64,000 bases of DNA, taken from positions 1 through 64,000 of IMG/VR virus record IMGVR_UViG_3300031669_000016. One strand, given 5' to 3'. Below are positions 30,516 to 39,535 of this stretch, piece by piece. Each line of letters opens with the position of its first letter. Within the stretch, counting starts at the first letter, position 1. The DNA is from a virus. A program made the translations under genes and the position numbers. The notes beneath the pieces were generated by a model. The model did not search any database. It had not been told where the DNA came from and was given only the letters and a program-made list of their open reading frames with translations.

Positions 30516-32071
30516 GGATACGTTCTCTCCAATCGCCTAGTGTCCGCGACCTCTGGCTCCGCGATTTGACGCGTCAGGGCTATGGCGTTCAGGGCATCGG
30601 TGCCTTCGGGCCAATGGTTCCGACCCCGATGAGCGGTAGTGCAATGATCCAGCACAACACCTTGCCGGATCTTCAGGGTGGCAACCCCACAGAAATGGAG
30701 TTCTACCATGTCCCGAAGTTGACCCAAGGCTCTGTTCCTTTTGCCGATGCAAACGGTGTACTCGCCGAGGACAACCCGAATCTGTTCTGGGATGATGCGG
30801 CTAATCGGCTGGGGATCAGGACGGACGCGCCAGGATATCCACTCCATGTGGCGGGCGACATCGCCGCGGGAGTGGACGGTGTGACTGCGGGTACCTTCTA
30901 CGCGTTCTCCGTCACCGCCGGGCAGTTTGCCACTCTCAGCTGGAATATGTTGACCTTCAGGCGGCCTAGCAACAACTACATCCAGGTAATTCCTGCTGCA
31001 GGGCTGGCTGGCAACGTAGAGTTCCGCCTCAAGGACGTGTGGGACGTAGTGCAAAGGGCCTTGCTCTTGACCAGCACGCCGCAGGCACTCTTCGCGGATG
31101 GCGTAGTCGGCGCGCCGGCGGCCTCCTTCATCACCGAAACGACCATGGGCATGTACCGCATCGCCCTGAACCAGCTCGGACTCGCGGCGGGCGGGGTGCT
31201 TGCGCTCACCCTGACGAACACGCCGCAGGCGCTCCTGCGAGATGGAACCGCTGCACTCCCTGGTTTGGCATTCGGGAGCGAGACTGCCCTGGGCATCGGG
31301 CGCGCGGGGGCAGGCACGGGTGGTCTCGCGGTAGGCGGGGCATATGCGGCCTATTGGACGGCTACCGCGTTCCGGCCGGTCCTCGACAATGTGCTGACGC
31401 TCGGCATCGTGGACGTGGGCTTCCAGGCCCTTCACCTCACAAATGCCGCGCATTCACCCGCGGCCGAAGGCGAGGCGCGCATCAATACCGGGAGCAACGC
31501 CTTTGAGCACCGGATCGGGACCGTCGTGCACCGGAACGGTCTCTGCATCTACAGCGGGTCGCCAGTAACCGATACCGTCGTGAGCGCCGTTGACCGCACG
31601 TTGGATTCCTTCACAATTCCCGCAGCCTACTGGAAGGTGGGGAAGCGAATTACGATAGTCGCACCCATCCTACTGGAGAGGGAGACCCCAGCGAACTGGG
31701 TTCAGGCGAAGTTGTACATCGGGACCACGCAGGTTCTCTACAAGAGAATCACGGTGCCGGGCGCTCCGGGCTGGATTTCCGCACACGTTGACTTGGAGAT
31801 GAGCTTCGTGGTCGGCGCGATTGCTGGGGCTGGCATCACACTCTATCCCACCCGCAACATCCGTTCCTATAACTGTCAATCTCACGCCGTCTACGATGAC
31901 ATAAACAATCCTGTGACGCCGATACTGGAGATGATCCCGATGGAGCCGGACACACCGGGCATCGCGATTGCTACGAATGCTGCCAAGGCTATCGTTGTCA
32001 AGTATGCCTGCAATGACGCGACCTCTGTCGTACACGTCTATCTACAGGGGCTCACCATTTATGCGACCTGA
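30497..32071 (+). CDS. tail fibre / receptor-binding protein
   Basis: GSVPFADANG..EDNPNLFWDDAANRLGI fibre motif; duplicated TPQAL..DG...P...F..ET..G..R unit. Confidence 0.65.
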   Translation: MSTIAIRIRSLQSPSVRDLWLRDLTRQGYGVQGIGAFGPMVPTPMSGSAMIQHNTLPDLQGGNPTEMEFYHVPKLTQGSVPFADANGVLAEDNPNLFWDDAANRLGIRTDAPGYPLHVAGDIAAGVDGVTAGTFYAFSVTAGQFATLSWNMLTFRRPSNNYIQVIPAAGLAGNVEFRLKDVWDVVQRALLLTSTPQALFADGVVGAPAASFITETTMGMYRIALNQLGLAAGGVLALTLTNTPQALLRDGTAALPGLAFGSETALGIGRAGAGTGGLAVGGAYAAYWTATAFRPVLDNVLTLGIVDVGFQALHLTNAAHSPAAEGEARINTGSNAFEHRIGTVVHRNGLCIYSGSPVTDTVVSAVDRTLDSFTIPAAYWKVGKRITIVAPILLERETPANWVQAKLYIGTTQVLYKRITVPGAPGWISAHVDLEMSFVVGAIAGAGITLYPTRNIRSYNCQSHAVYDDINNPVTPILEMIPMEPDTPGIAIATNAAKAIVVKYACNDATSVVHVYLQGLTIYAT

Positions 32072-32377
32072 TCGGAGTTCGGCCTGTCTGCGCTCCCAGG
32101 GGATTGTGTCGGGTCCGCCCCGGACGCCGTATGATTTACGGAGGGAGGCCCGCATACCCCTCGGGTCCGCGGCGGGAGGCCCGCCATGCAGGGGTTGTGG
32201 GGGGTCCTGTGGAGGCGCATACATGGCGAAGGTTTCGAGGCCCGCGGCCGTGAGGACCTGTTCAGGTTCGGCCGGCGGGTCGTTCCGGGCGTGCATGTAC
32301 CCCGTGGTGGAAACGACGAGGAAGATCATGCCGACGAGGAAGGTCGCGAGCAGGAGCAAGGCCAGAATGGGTTTCAT
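32042..32377 (-). CDS. small membrane-anchored protein, antisense moron
   Basis: MKPILALLLLATFLVGMIFLVV hydrophobic N-terminus; AGGAGG RBS; extended -10 TGTGATATAAT at 32397-32407. Confidence 0.6.
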   Translation of the reverse strand: MKPILALLLLATFLVGMIFLVVSTTGYMHARNDPPAEPEQVLTAAGLETFAMYAPPQDPPQPLHGGPPAADPRGMRASLRKSYGVRGGPDTIPWERRQAELRSGRINGEPL

Positions 32378-32419
32378 GGTGTCCCCTCCTGAGTTCATTA
32401 TATCACAAAGGAGTCCGAG

Positions 32420-32662
32420 ATGATACTGCCGTACCGTTCAAAACGCGAATTGGTGTATGACTGGCTGAACAATCTACGGGTGCATAAACCCGACGAACTC
32501 GAAGCGGCCTTGAGGCTCGCCATGGGTGTCCGATTCGATGCCTTTGTCACCTGGATCGTCCAGGAGGCTAAGAACTACTACACTGCACAGCGTGATACAG
32601 CACAGGCCGCACACGACGCCATAGACGCGCTCCCAGACAAGCCAACAGAACCGGTCGAGTAG
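32420..32662 (+). CDS. hypothetical protein (fibre-chaperone-like position)
   Basis: 80 aa, AAGGAG RBS. Confidence 0.55.
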   Translation: MILPYRSKRELVYDWLNNLRVHKPDELEAALRLAMGVRFDAFVTWIVQEAKNYYTAQRDTAQAAHDAIDALPDKPTEPVE

Positions 32663-32691
32663 CCATATCACAATGGAAGGAAGTGGGGTAA

Positions 32692-32886
32692 ATGCCGCGG
32701 ACAAAAGAGATGCGGGTCGCCGAAGCGTTGCGCTACATGGAGCAGGAGTGCGGTGTGTCCATGCAGCCCAAACTACGCACCACATCGGATGGTCAGCAAT
32801 CACTAACAACGCTCATCATCGACTGGGTAGATCTGGGTGACCCGATCCCTGATGCCGAGCCGACAGATGGTGCCGAAGGTGGCTAG
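32692..32886 (+). CDS. hypothetical protein
   Basis: 64 aa in operon. Confidence 0.45.
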   Translation: MPRTKEMRVAEALRYMEQECGVSMQPKLRTTSDGQQSLTTLIIDWVDLGDPIPDAEPTDGAEGG

Positions 32887-33373
32887 ATGGACTCCGCAGG
32901 ATATCCTCGACGTACTTGGCAAGCTCTTCCATTGGACGAGTTGGCGGTGGGGAATAGCCGCGGTAATTGCGTGTCTAGCCAACTTCGTGGCAGAAGCACC
33001 GACAGTCTGGCGCGGACTACTCGTCATGTTCATCGTCTTCTTCGTACTCGACATCGTGACCGGTATAGTAGCGTCAGTACGGGTCCGGCAGATCAAGGTG
33101 TCGAGCCGCCTCTTCGGGCGCTCACTCGTCAAGATGCTGTGCTACTCGACCGTACTGCTTATCGCCACTATGCTTGATTACTACGCCAACTGCCGCTATG
33201 CCGTTTCGCTGTTCGTGCTGGCCCTGGCCGCGAGCGTGGAGGGGCTGTCCGTGCTAGAGAACACACGCGCGCTATGGGAAGGGCTGGGCCTGAAATGGCC
33301 CTTCAAGTTCCTGTCCGACAAGATCGAGCGGTTGGCGCAAGTCCCAGAGCAGGATGGGGACGAGCCGCGCTAG
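32837..33373 (+). CDS. phage holin (TcdE / holin-4-like)
   Basis: LDIVTGI..S...SS...G...K and EGLSVLEN motifs with about 3 TM segments. Start may be GTG near 32879. Confidence 0.85.
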   Translation: MTRSLMPSRQMVPKVARWTPQDILDVLGKLFHWTSWRWGIAAVIACLANFVAEAPTVWRGLLVMFIVFFVLDIVTGIVASVRVRQIKVSSRLFGRSLVKMLCYSTVLLIATMLDYYANCRYAVSLFVLALAASVEGLSVLENTRALWEGLGLKWPFKFLSDKIERLAQVPEQDGDEPR

Positions 33374-33433
33374 GGACTCGTCCTGATATCTCCTCGTCCA
33401 TCTCCCGCCCCAGACATGCCCGCGCCATAACGC

Positions 33434-33862
33434 TCAGTTGTGGGCGGCCTCGTCGCCTCCTGGCCACGGGGTCGCGGTGGATGCGAGGGACCTCTTGCAG
33501 ATAGGACACCTCCCGCCCAGGTGACCCTCGACGAGCGGGGTGCTACAGGCACTACACATATAGGGGGCTCCGGCGTGCTCCGGCCTCTCCCACACAGCAA
33601 CCCACTTCGGGGAGTCGGGGAGGCGGTCAACGACATAGTGCCCCGCCCTCGTCACTCCCATTAGCGCGGCGAGTTCGCCTGGCGTCTCGGGGTCATGGGG
33701 GAAGAATGTCATGCCCCACTCCTCCGCACCGCATTGCCGTATCTGCAACGCTGGACGGTGGCTAGCGCGTACCTCCCTCACCTCCACCTCTGACACCCGC
33801 AGGCCCTCCTCGGGCGGATACTTACTCTCTTCACACAACATATCAGTCTTGTCATCCATCAC
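33434..33862 (-). CDS. hypothetical Zn-ribbon protein
   Basis: CSAC...CPIC. Confidence 0.4.
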   Translation of the reverse strand: MMDDKTDMLCEESKYPPEEGLRVSEVEVREVRASHRPALQIRQCGAEEWGMTFFPHDPETPGELAALMGVTRAGHYVVDRLPDSPKWVAVWERPEHAGAPYMCSACSTPLVEGHLGGRCPICKRSLASTATPWPGGDEAAHN

Positions 33863-34203
33863 TTCACCTCCGATCCCAAGAATCGCAGCGCATTCACCAC
33901 TCGCCAGTGAACGAGGCTCTGCATCTCCTTCGCCAGCAAGTCAGGATGCTCTCGTGCTAGACGCTCCCAGTCCATGCCATTCAGTGCGGTTTCGAGAATC
34001 AGGAGTTCTCCCTTTGCTTGTTCGACATCAACGAGCTTCGCTTCCCGTAACACCTCAACGTCTATGAGTGCGAGTGCGGTCTCACATCCCAGCATCTCGC
34101 CGCAGTCCTCGCAGTTCATCTCCCGCTTGCTTTCACAGTCTGCTCGGTCGATGATCAGGACGCGATGTACACGATCCAATCGGTCATACACCACTTCACC
34201 CAT
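33859..34203 (-). CDS. hypothetical protein
   Basis: 114 aa, coupled to the downstream ORF. Confidence 0.5.
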   Translation of the reverse strand: MGEVVYDRLDRVHRVLIIDRADCESKREMNCEDCGEMLGCETALALIDVEVLREAKLVDVEQAKGELLILETALNGMDWERLAREHPDLLAKEMQSLVHWRVVNALRFLGSEVK

Positions 34204-34245
34204 TCCATCACCATCCTATATGATGTGATAACGCGTGTCCGTAGA

Positions 34246-35580
34246 CTACTTCTCCACCCGCAACGCTTCGGGCAAGGTTTGCTGGATGAGCTGGTCGAAG
34301 GTTTCTGTCACCGGTGTGTGTACCGTGAACTCGCGCACATCTACACGATCATACTTCGGTTTTGGTGAGAGGTAGAGGGGCCACCTGGATGTGAAGCCAA
34401 TCTTCGGGTTGTGGAAGAGTAGGCCTTGTGTGGCCTGACTAGCCGCACGCATCTTCCCAATCGAGTACTTCGAACCGGGTACCCAAGTCCCGTTCATAAT
34501 CCATCCCGGTGTTTCGGCATAGCGGTGGTGGTGCCCCACGATCACTGAGTCGTACACCAATCCGGTAAGATCGATCCATTCGGCACGCGCCCTATCCAAT
34601 CCGTAGTAAGGGATGCGGTTCCATGCTCGAATGTCTTGGCCATGGCTGACCAGATAGTTCCACGGCTCGTCGCGATCTACAGAGGGTTCGGAGAAGGCCA
34701 CGAATGGGGACCGGCTGAGATGCAAGCGGATGTGGGGTTGATCACGTAGCAGGAGCTGTACCATCATGTAGACCATACGATCCGCATTGAACGTGGTCGT
34801 CTGTGTTCGGCCATGGTTGCCATCGCAGGCAATGATCTCGATCTCCTCGAACAAGGTCCCGCAATGCAGCGCCATGTCGGCAAGAATGTAGGCGGCGAGG
34901 GAGATCTGCTCCATGAAGAGATCGTCGAGTTCGGCGAACTGCTTGGGATAGATATCTTCACCTGTCGGGAAGTCACCGATCCACGGCATGATGCAGCGCC
35001 GAACGTCCACCGCGCTACGTACTACGGCGAGGCAGTCGGCAAGATTGGTCTTCCAACGTCTGATCTCGTCGAATAGGATGCTTTTGTTGAACGCGGTGAG
35101 TCCTGCTGTTTCCTCTCGGGTATGGAACGCGCCGACATGCATGTCCGAAACGATGGGCATGGCAAACTCGGGCAGGCGTTGCTTCGCGTCTTTGACCGGT
35201 TTGATGTGGGGGATCTTGATCGGCTCGAAGCTTTGCAGGCAGGACTGTATGGTATCGACGAAGATCTCTTCCCATGCCGCGGCGCGCCGCGCCTTACGCT
35301 CCGCAGCCACTAACTTGCCTTTGAGTTCTTGTATCGATGGCGGTACGGGAGCTGGTGGCGGTACCGAATCGGCACTCACCAACTCAATTGATGCATCGAT
35401 CTCCCCAGCCTCGATCATTCGGGCAAGACGGAACCGTAATGCCGAAACGGTCTTGCATCCCAACACTTTGTAGTAGCGGCGTGCCCACTCCTCGCGTGTG
35501 ATGTCCTCAGCTACCGGAGGATTGGCTTTGTAGGCGCGCCGGATGATCTCGTTCAGAACGGCGTTTGGCTTACCTGACAC
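34246..35580 (-). CDS. calcineurin-like metallophosphoesterase with N-terminal extension
   Basis: SDMH, GD, GNHG, SHG, GHHH motifs in canonical order. Confidence 0.85.
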   Translation of the reverse strand: MSGKPNAVLNEIIRRAYKANPPVAEDITREEWARRYYKVLGCKTVSALRFRLARMIEAGEIDASIELVSADSVPPPAPVPPSIQELKGKLVAAERKARRAAAWEEIFVDTIQSCLQSFEPIKIPHIKPVKDAKQRLPEFAMPIVSDMHVGAFHTREETAGLTAFNKSILFDEIRRWKTNLADCLAVVRSAVDVRRCIMPWIGDFPTGEDIYPKQFAELDDLFMEQISLAAYILADMALHCGTLFEEIEIIACDGNHGRTQTTTFNADRMVYMMVQLLLRDQPHIRLHLSRSPFVAFSEPSVDRDEPWNYLVSHGQDIRAWNRIPYYGLDRARAEWIDLTGLVYDSVIVGHHHRYAETPGWIMNGTWVPGSKYSIGKMRAASQATQGLLFHNPKIGFTSRWPLYLSPKPKYDRVDVREFTVHTPVTETFDQLIQQTLPEALRVEK

Positions 35581-35594
35581 ATCTCACCACTCCT

Positions 35595-36581
35595 TCATAA
35601 CGCTTTCTGATAGGCATCGTACAGCAGTTTCCCGGCTCGCTTCCATGTAAAGTTATCTCGGATATGCCGCGCCAGCGACTCGTTGCGACGGGGCCATCGC
35701 GACATCGCCACTTCCCAAGCTGTGCGCGTCGCAACTACATGAGTCTCGGGGTAACCGGCACGTCCGTAGTGGGCGTAGTCGCCGAGGTATTCTTGTATCG
35801 CTGGAATGTCTGTGGTCACGACCTCACAACCAGTGATGCCAGCTTCGAGGTTGGTCAGACCGGGATTATCGTAGTGTGTGGGTAGGACGCTTACTGCCGC
35901 ACCGGCGAACCAGTGCATTATCTCGCTGTGAGGACGCGCGCCCATAAGATGGATCCAGGGTCGCCCCTCCGCGATCTGTTCACAACGCGCATAGACCGGA
36001 TGGCGGCAATCGCCGATGCAGTAGATTGGGAACTTCAGATCTGCGTCAACCATGGCCTGAAGGAACTTATCCTGTGCCTTCCTGTCCTCGTAGCGCGCGG
36101 CGAGGATGACATAGGGTTCGTGTGGTACGACCCCATAGTCGGGTTGTGCTAAGTACCAATCCGCGGGCGCGCCTGTCGGAATCCAGATGCTCTTCGCCTC
36201 TAACACATCGGCAGGCAGGCCGAGATCATAGGCGAGTTCGAATGGTTCGCGATGGATGTTGATGAAGAGGAAACGGGCCTGCAACGCGATCTCGGCACAG
36301 CGTTCACGTGAAATGAAAAAGATGCCAGGACTGTGGATGGTCTGGATGACCAGCGGTACACCGCGTTCCTTAGCGATCTGAGCGGCTTGATCCGCTTCTT
36401 GTAGGATGATGTTGAAGGCGTGAACCAACTGGAACTGTTCTCGCCGCCAATCGACGTCGTGACAATGGATCACTTCAACATCGGGTGGGAGATGTTGCCG
36501 TAACATCTTCCGCTGCGTCTCATCGCCGCCCTGATGCGCCCCCTTCTCGTATGGAGTGCGGTTGACGGTCAGTACCCTCAT
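35595..36581 (-). CDS. glycosyltransferase family 4
   Basis: GGDETQ, ARYEDRKAQ, DNPGLTNLEAG motifs. Confidence 0.85.
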   Translation of the reverse strand: MRVLTVNRTPYEKGAHQGGDETQRKMLRQHLPPDVEVIHCHDVDWRREQFQLVHAFNIILQEADQAAQIAKERGVPLVIQTIHSPGIFFISRERCAEIALQARFLFINIHREPFELAYDLGLPADVLEAKSIWIPTGAPADWYLAQPDYGVVPHEPYVILAARYEDRKAQDKFLQAMVDADLKFPIYCIGDCRHPVYARCEQIAEGRPWIHLMGARPHSEIMHWFAGAAVSVLPTHYDNPGLTNLEAGITGCEVVTTDIPAIQEYLGDYAHYGRAGYPETHVVATRTAWEVAMSRWPRRNESLARHIRDNFTWKRAGKLLYDAYQKAL

Positions 36582-37372
36582 ACCATTTCATCTGGCTGAT
36601 CAAAGAATAGCTCAACAGTGCCCGTTCTTGGGTTCCTACATCCAACAGTCATACCGCGCCTATCCCCAGTCGCCAGAACTACGCGCTGATACTCCATTGG
36701 ATCATTGGGTTGTCCGAATTGGCTCCGCCAATCCCAATATCGGAAGGCCACTTTTCCCGCGTCATTCAGATTTGCGTAGCTATAATCCGCTGGGACATTG
36801 CCCTCGTATAGTAGGTAGCGACTACTTTCTTTGGCCGAACACCCCGAATCGTTCATCCAGGAGGCTTTTAGACAGCCCCCCAACTTCCGACAATAACGGC
36901 GACGGGGTACCAGTACACCGCTGAGATACGCATCGATTGAACATGTGTAGCAACGCGGAAGTTTGTCCTTGCCGATGGTGGCGGCAATCTGATATTCAAT
37001 GCCCTTCCCATAGCCAAGACACCGCAGCACAGCATATGCAAGGGATGGTGAACGTGCCCTACCAGCCATGCAATGAATCAGCAGTTTGTGTGTCTGTCCG
37101 CTCAGGGCACCCAATGCAAAGTCCAATGCCGACTCTAAGAGTTGGGGGGTCCATGGCATTCTATCATCTTCCAAGTTGATACGATGCAATCGAACGTTGT
37201 GTGTCCGCGCCCAAGAGACTTCGGCGTCTGGCCCATTCTCGTGGCATCTGTCATTGTCATGGAAGAACGCGATGATATAGGTGAATCCTTCATGGACGAG
37301 GCGTTCCATATCGCTTTGGTGGCCGATACAGCCAGAGATCGCAAGTTGCTTTGTGAGTCGGATGATGTTCAT
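36578..37372 (-). CDS. dual-specificity/tyrosine phosphatase-like protein with extra C-terminal domain
   Basis: LIHCMAGRARS (HCX5RS) P-loop. Confidence 0.8.
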   Translation of the reverse strand: MNIIRLTKQLAISGCIGHQSDMERLVHEGFTYIIAFFHDNDRCHENGPDAEVSWARTHNVRLHRINLEDDRMPWTPQLLESALDFALGALSGQTHKLLIHCMAGRARSPSLAYAVLRCLGYGKGIEYQIAATIGKDKLPRCYTCSIDAYLSGVLVPRRRYCRKLGGCLKASWMNDSGCSAKESSRYLLYEGNVPADYSYANLNDAGKVAFRYWDWRSQFGQPNDPMEYQRVVLATGDRRGMTVGCRNPRTGTVELFFDQPDEMV

Positions 37373-37425
37373 CTAGCCTCGGTGCGCGCCTTTCTCGAAT
37401 GGTGGACGATTGATAGTCAGGACTT

Positions 37426-38010
37426 TCATGGCTGAAGACGCTCCCTTACACGTTGGAGTCGACGCCGCGTCTTACGCAGCACACGGTACAAGGCGGGATC
37501 CTTGGTTATTTCCTCGCCTGCCAACAAGCGCCCCAACGCATCCAATTCGATGTCTGTGAGATGTGCCTTGATGAAGATCTCCTCCAAAGCTATCCTGTCC
37601 AGAACTACCCGTTCTGGATCTGCCGAGCCATCAACACACAAGGTTTCGCGCTGGTTCTCATCAAAGTCTTCTAGCGCCACGATCTGCGGGATGCGATCGG
37701 TGCGGCTGTCTCGAAAAACTGAGCTGGGTATTCGTATCAGGAAGGAGTGGCGGAGCCGCCATTTCTGTATCGCTCGTGTTGCAGTCTTTTTCAGATAGGC
37801 CCCTTGCTGTGCCATCGGTCGTGTTGTGTCCAGTCGGTTGCGCACCGCATCCATAATTGCTACGCGGCCCACCTGCGCGAGGTCTTCCTGTTTGTCCCGA
37901 TCAGTTGTGAGTCTGCGTGCCTCGCGCTGCAATACCTTGTCGAAGCATGCCAGCCAGTAGTCCAGTACGGCGGGATCGTTGGTGCCGCGCTGTTTCGACT
38001 GACCAGCCAA
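37426..38010 (-). CDS. sigma70-family-like factor
   Basis: EDLAQVGRVAIMDAV resembles region 2; C-terminal helical region-4-like segment. Confidence 0.7.
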   Translation of the reverse strand: MAGQSKQRGTNDPAVLDYWLACFDKVLQREARRLTTDRDKQEDLAQVGRVAIMDAVRNRLDTTRPMAQQGAYLKKTATRAIQKWRLRHSFLIRIPSSVFRDSRTDRIPQIVALEDFDENQRETLCVDGSADPERVVLDRIALEEIFIKAHLTDIELDALGRLLAGEEITKDPALYRVLRKTRRRLQRVRERLQP

Positions 38011-38901
38011 TCAGAACTCACCGCCATCCTTCCACTTCGTGGTGTAGTCAGCACCTACGGTAACTGGCAGTCGGGCCTGCCAACGCCCCCGCCAACGGTT
38101 GTAGTTGAGCGTATACATCAACTGATCGTAGTTCAGAAGGCCGGCCGGGAGCTCTCTGATGCCCAACCCTTCGGCGACTGCACGCGCCTGATCACCATAG
38201 GCAGGTTGGGAACCGGCCGCACCTCCACCATGGTCGGCTCGAATCGGTAAGGTGCGGATGTGCCATCCCGCTGCCAACCACGCACAGCAGACCTCGCGGT
38301 CGTACCAGTGATGGAGGCCGGGATAGTCCTGATCGAGAAGAGTTGGGATTGTGTCGGTACGATAGAAGATGCCGCAGCCGTCAAGAGTAGCCGAAGCCAT
38401 TCCGTCATCAGGTGTCCACGCGCCATGGATGCGCCATATCTCACCGGTTCCGTTGCCCCCCCATTGCTTACCAATCAGACGGGAGTGGGTACCGATACGC
38501 CCCCCATCCGGTGCCAGTCCGAACGCACCGACTAAACCGGCAAGGCCCAGCTTCGCATCTTCCTCGAAGGCGTGTGCGATACAAAGATCCCATCCGACAT
38601 CCCAGATCAAGACATCGTAATGGATGAAGGCGAGGATGTCGGCATCGGTGTAGTCGGCGGCGTATCGGATCGACTCGAAAACGCCCAAGCTTTGATCCGG
38701 CACGAAGTAGCGGGTGTGTCCCCGGTCTTTCGTGATGGTGCCGCAAAGTCCGGCATGCGTTGTAATCACGTCGAGATCAGGGGTGTTGTCGACAACAATG
38801 ATCTCGGTGCCCGAATCGGAAACTGTCCGCACGACCTGAGCAAGACATGCCTCAAGTAGGTCTGTTCGACCAAGTACTGGAATCGCGACTGCGACCCTCA
38901 T
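38011..38901 (-). CDS. glycosyltransferase family 2
   Basis: VAIPV, IIVVDN, FIHYDV, LDG and HWYD motifs. Confidence 0.85.
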   Translation of the reverse strand: MRVAVAIPVLGRTDLLEACLAQVVRTVSDSGTEIIVVDNTPDLDVITTHAGLCGTITKDRGHTRYFVPDQSLGVFESIRYAADYTDADILAFIHYDVLIWDVGWDLCIAHAFEEDAKLGLAGLVGAFGLAPDGGRIGTHSRLIGKQWGGNGTGEIWRIHGAWTPDDGMASATLDGCGIFYRTDTIPTLLDQDYPGLHHWYDREVCCAWLAAGWHIRTLPIRADHGGGAAGSQPAYGDQARAVAEGLGIRELPAGLLNYDQLMYTLNYNRWRGRWQARLPVTVGADYTTKWKDGGEF

Positions 38902-38940
38902 CTAGTCTCACCCCGATGTATCCCACCAACAATCTACTAT

Positions 38941-38969
38941 AGTATACCACAGTACCTACGGGTTGTCAT
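38941..38969 (-). promoter_or_regulatory. sigma70-type promoter of the GT2-sigma-phosphatase operon
   Basis: Minus strand reads ATGACA (38969-38964), 17 nt, TATACT (38946-38941), with a TG extension. Confidence 0.7.
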
Positions 38970-39022
38970 CTTTGCATGCCTAGATCCTACCCATAATCGA
39001 AGATTTGAGGCGAAAGCTTCGA

Positions 39023-39400
39023 CCAGCATCCTCGCGCGCGTAGGAGTGACTGTGTGGTATACCATAGTAATCGTGCCCTCGCGCGCGTGGAAGTAACCAA
39101 CAGTAAGGCGGCAACGGAACCGGCGAGGTCGTCGTGCCCTCGCGCGCGTGGAGGTAACGTGTGGCGCGTTGGGTTTCTGTGGTTTGCTGGTCGTGCCCTC
39201 GCGCGCGTGGGAGTAACGGCCAATATCCTACCCATCTTAGGCAACACATCGTCGTGCCCTCGCGTGCGTGGAAATAACCGCCCTTGTTTCGTCACTGAAG
39301 GCGGTCCAACCGTCGTGCCCTCGCGCGCGAGGGAGTAACCCGGAGGCCGCCAGGAAGAGGGGGAATCCAGAGGTCGTGCCCTCGCGCGCGAGGGAGTAAC
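39023..39400 (-). CRISPR. CRISPR array, 7 repeats of 28 bp (GTTACTCCCWCGCGCGCGAGGGCACGAC), 6 spacers
   Basis: Repeats at 39373, 39312, 39251, 39190, 39131, 39070 and a degenerate copy at 39023. Spacers are 33, 33, 33, 31, 33 and 19 nt. Palindromic core CCCTCGC-GC-GCGAGGG. The two cas-proximal repeats are identical and the most distal one is the most degenerate. Confidence 0.95.
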
Positions 39401-39535
39401 ACTGCCATACCTATCGTCCAAACATGTTTCATCACAATCTCTACCCTCCCTGCGCGCGCCCCGGCGAGGCCGGGGATTAGGATTTGATCCGCGACCAGCC
39501 TTCTCCGGGCTGGTGGCAGGTCGGGGACCCACGAC
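39401..39535 (-). ncRNA. candidate tracrRNA/scaffold plus leader
   Basis: Two anti-repeat segments (39530-39535 and 39442-39459) and hairpins (39494-39514, 39459-39475) between the cas stop codon and the first repeat. Confidence 0.55.

Noticed and set aside
39218-39250. Spacer 3 11-nt match to 38984-38994 and KMG.IL peptide resemblance to the cas gene
   Set aside because: Short, outside the presumed seed, with no supporting flank. No convincing in-window target was found for spacers 1-3.
39340-39372. Spacer 1 12-nt match (AGGAAGAGGGGG) to 43872-43883
   Set aside because: Only about 17/33 overall and low complexity; consistent with chance.
38980-39532. ORFs of 89-181 aa across the array
   Set aside because: They translate the CRISPR repeats (repeated RARARP/PRARG) and are not credible proteins.
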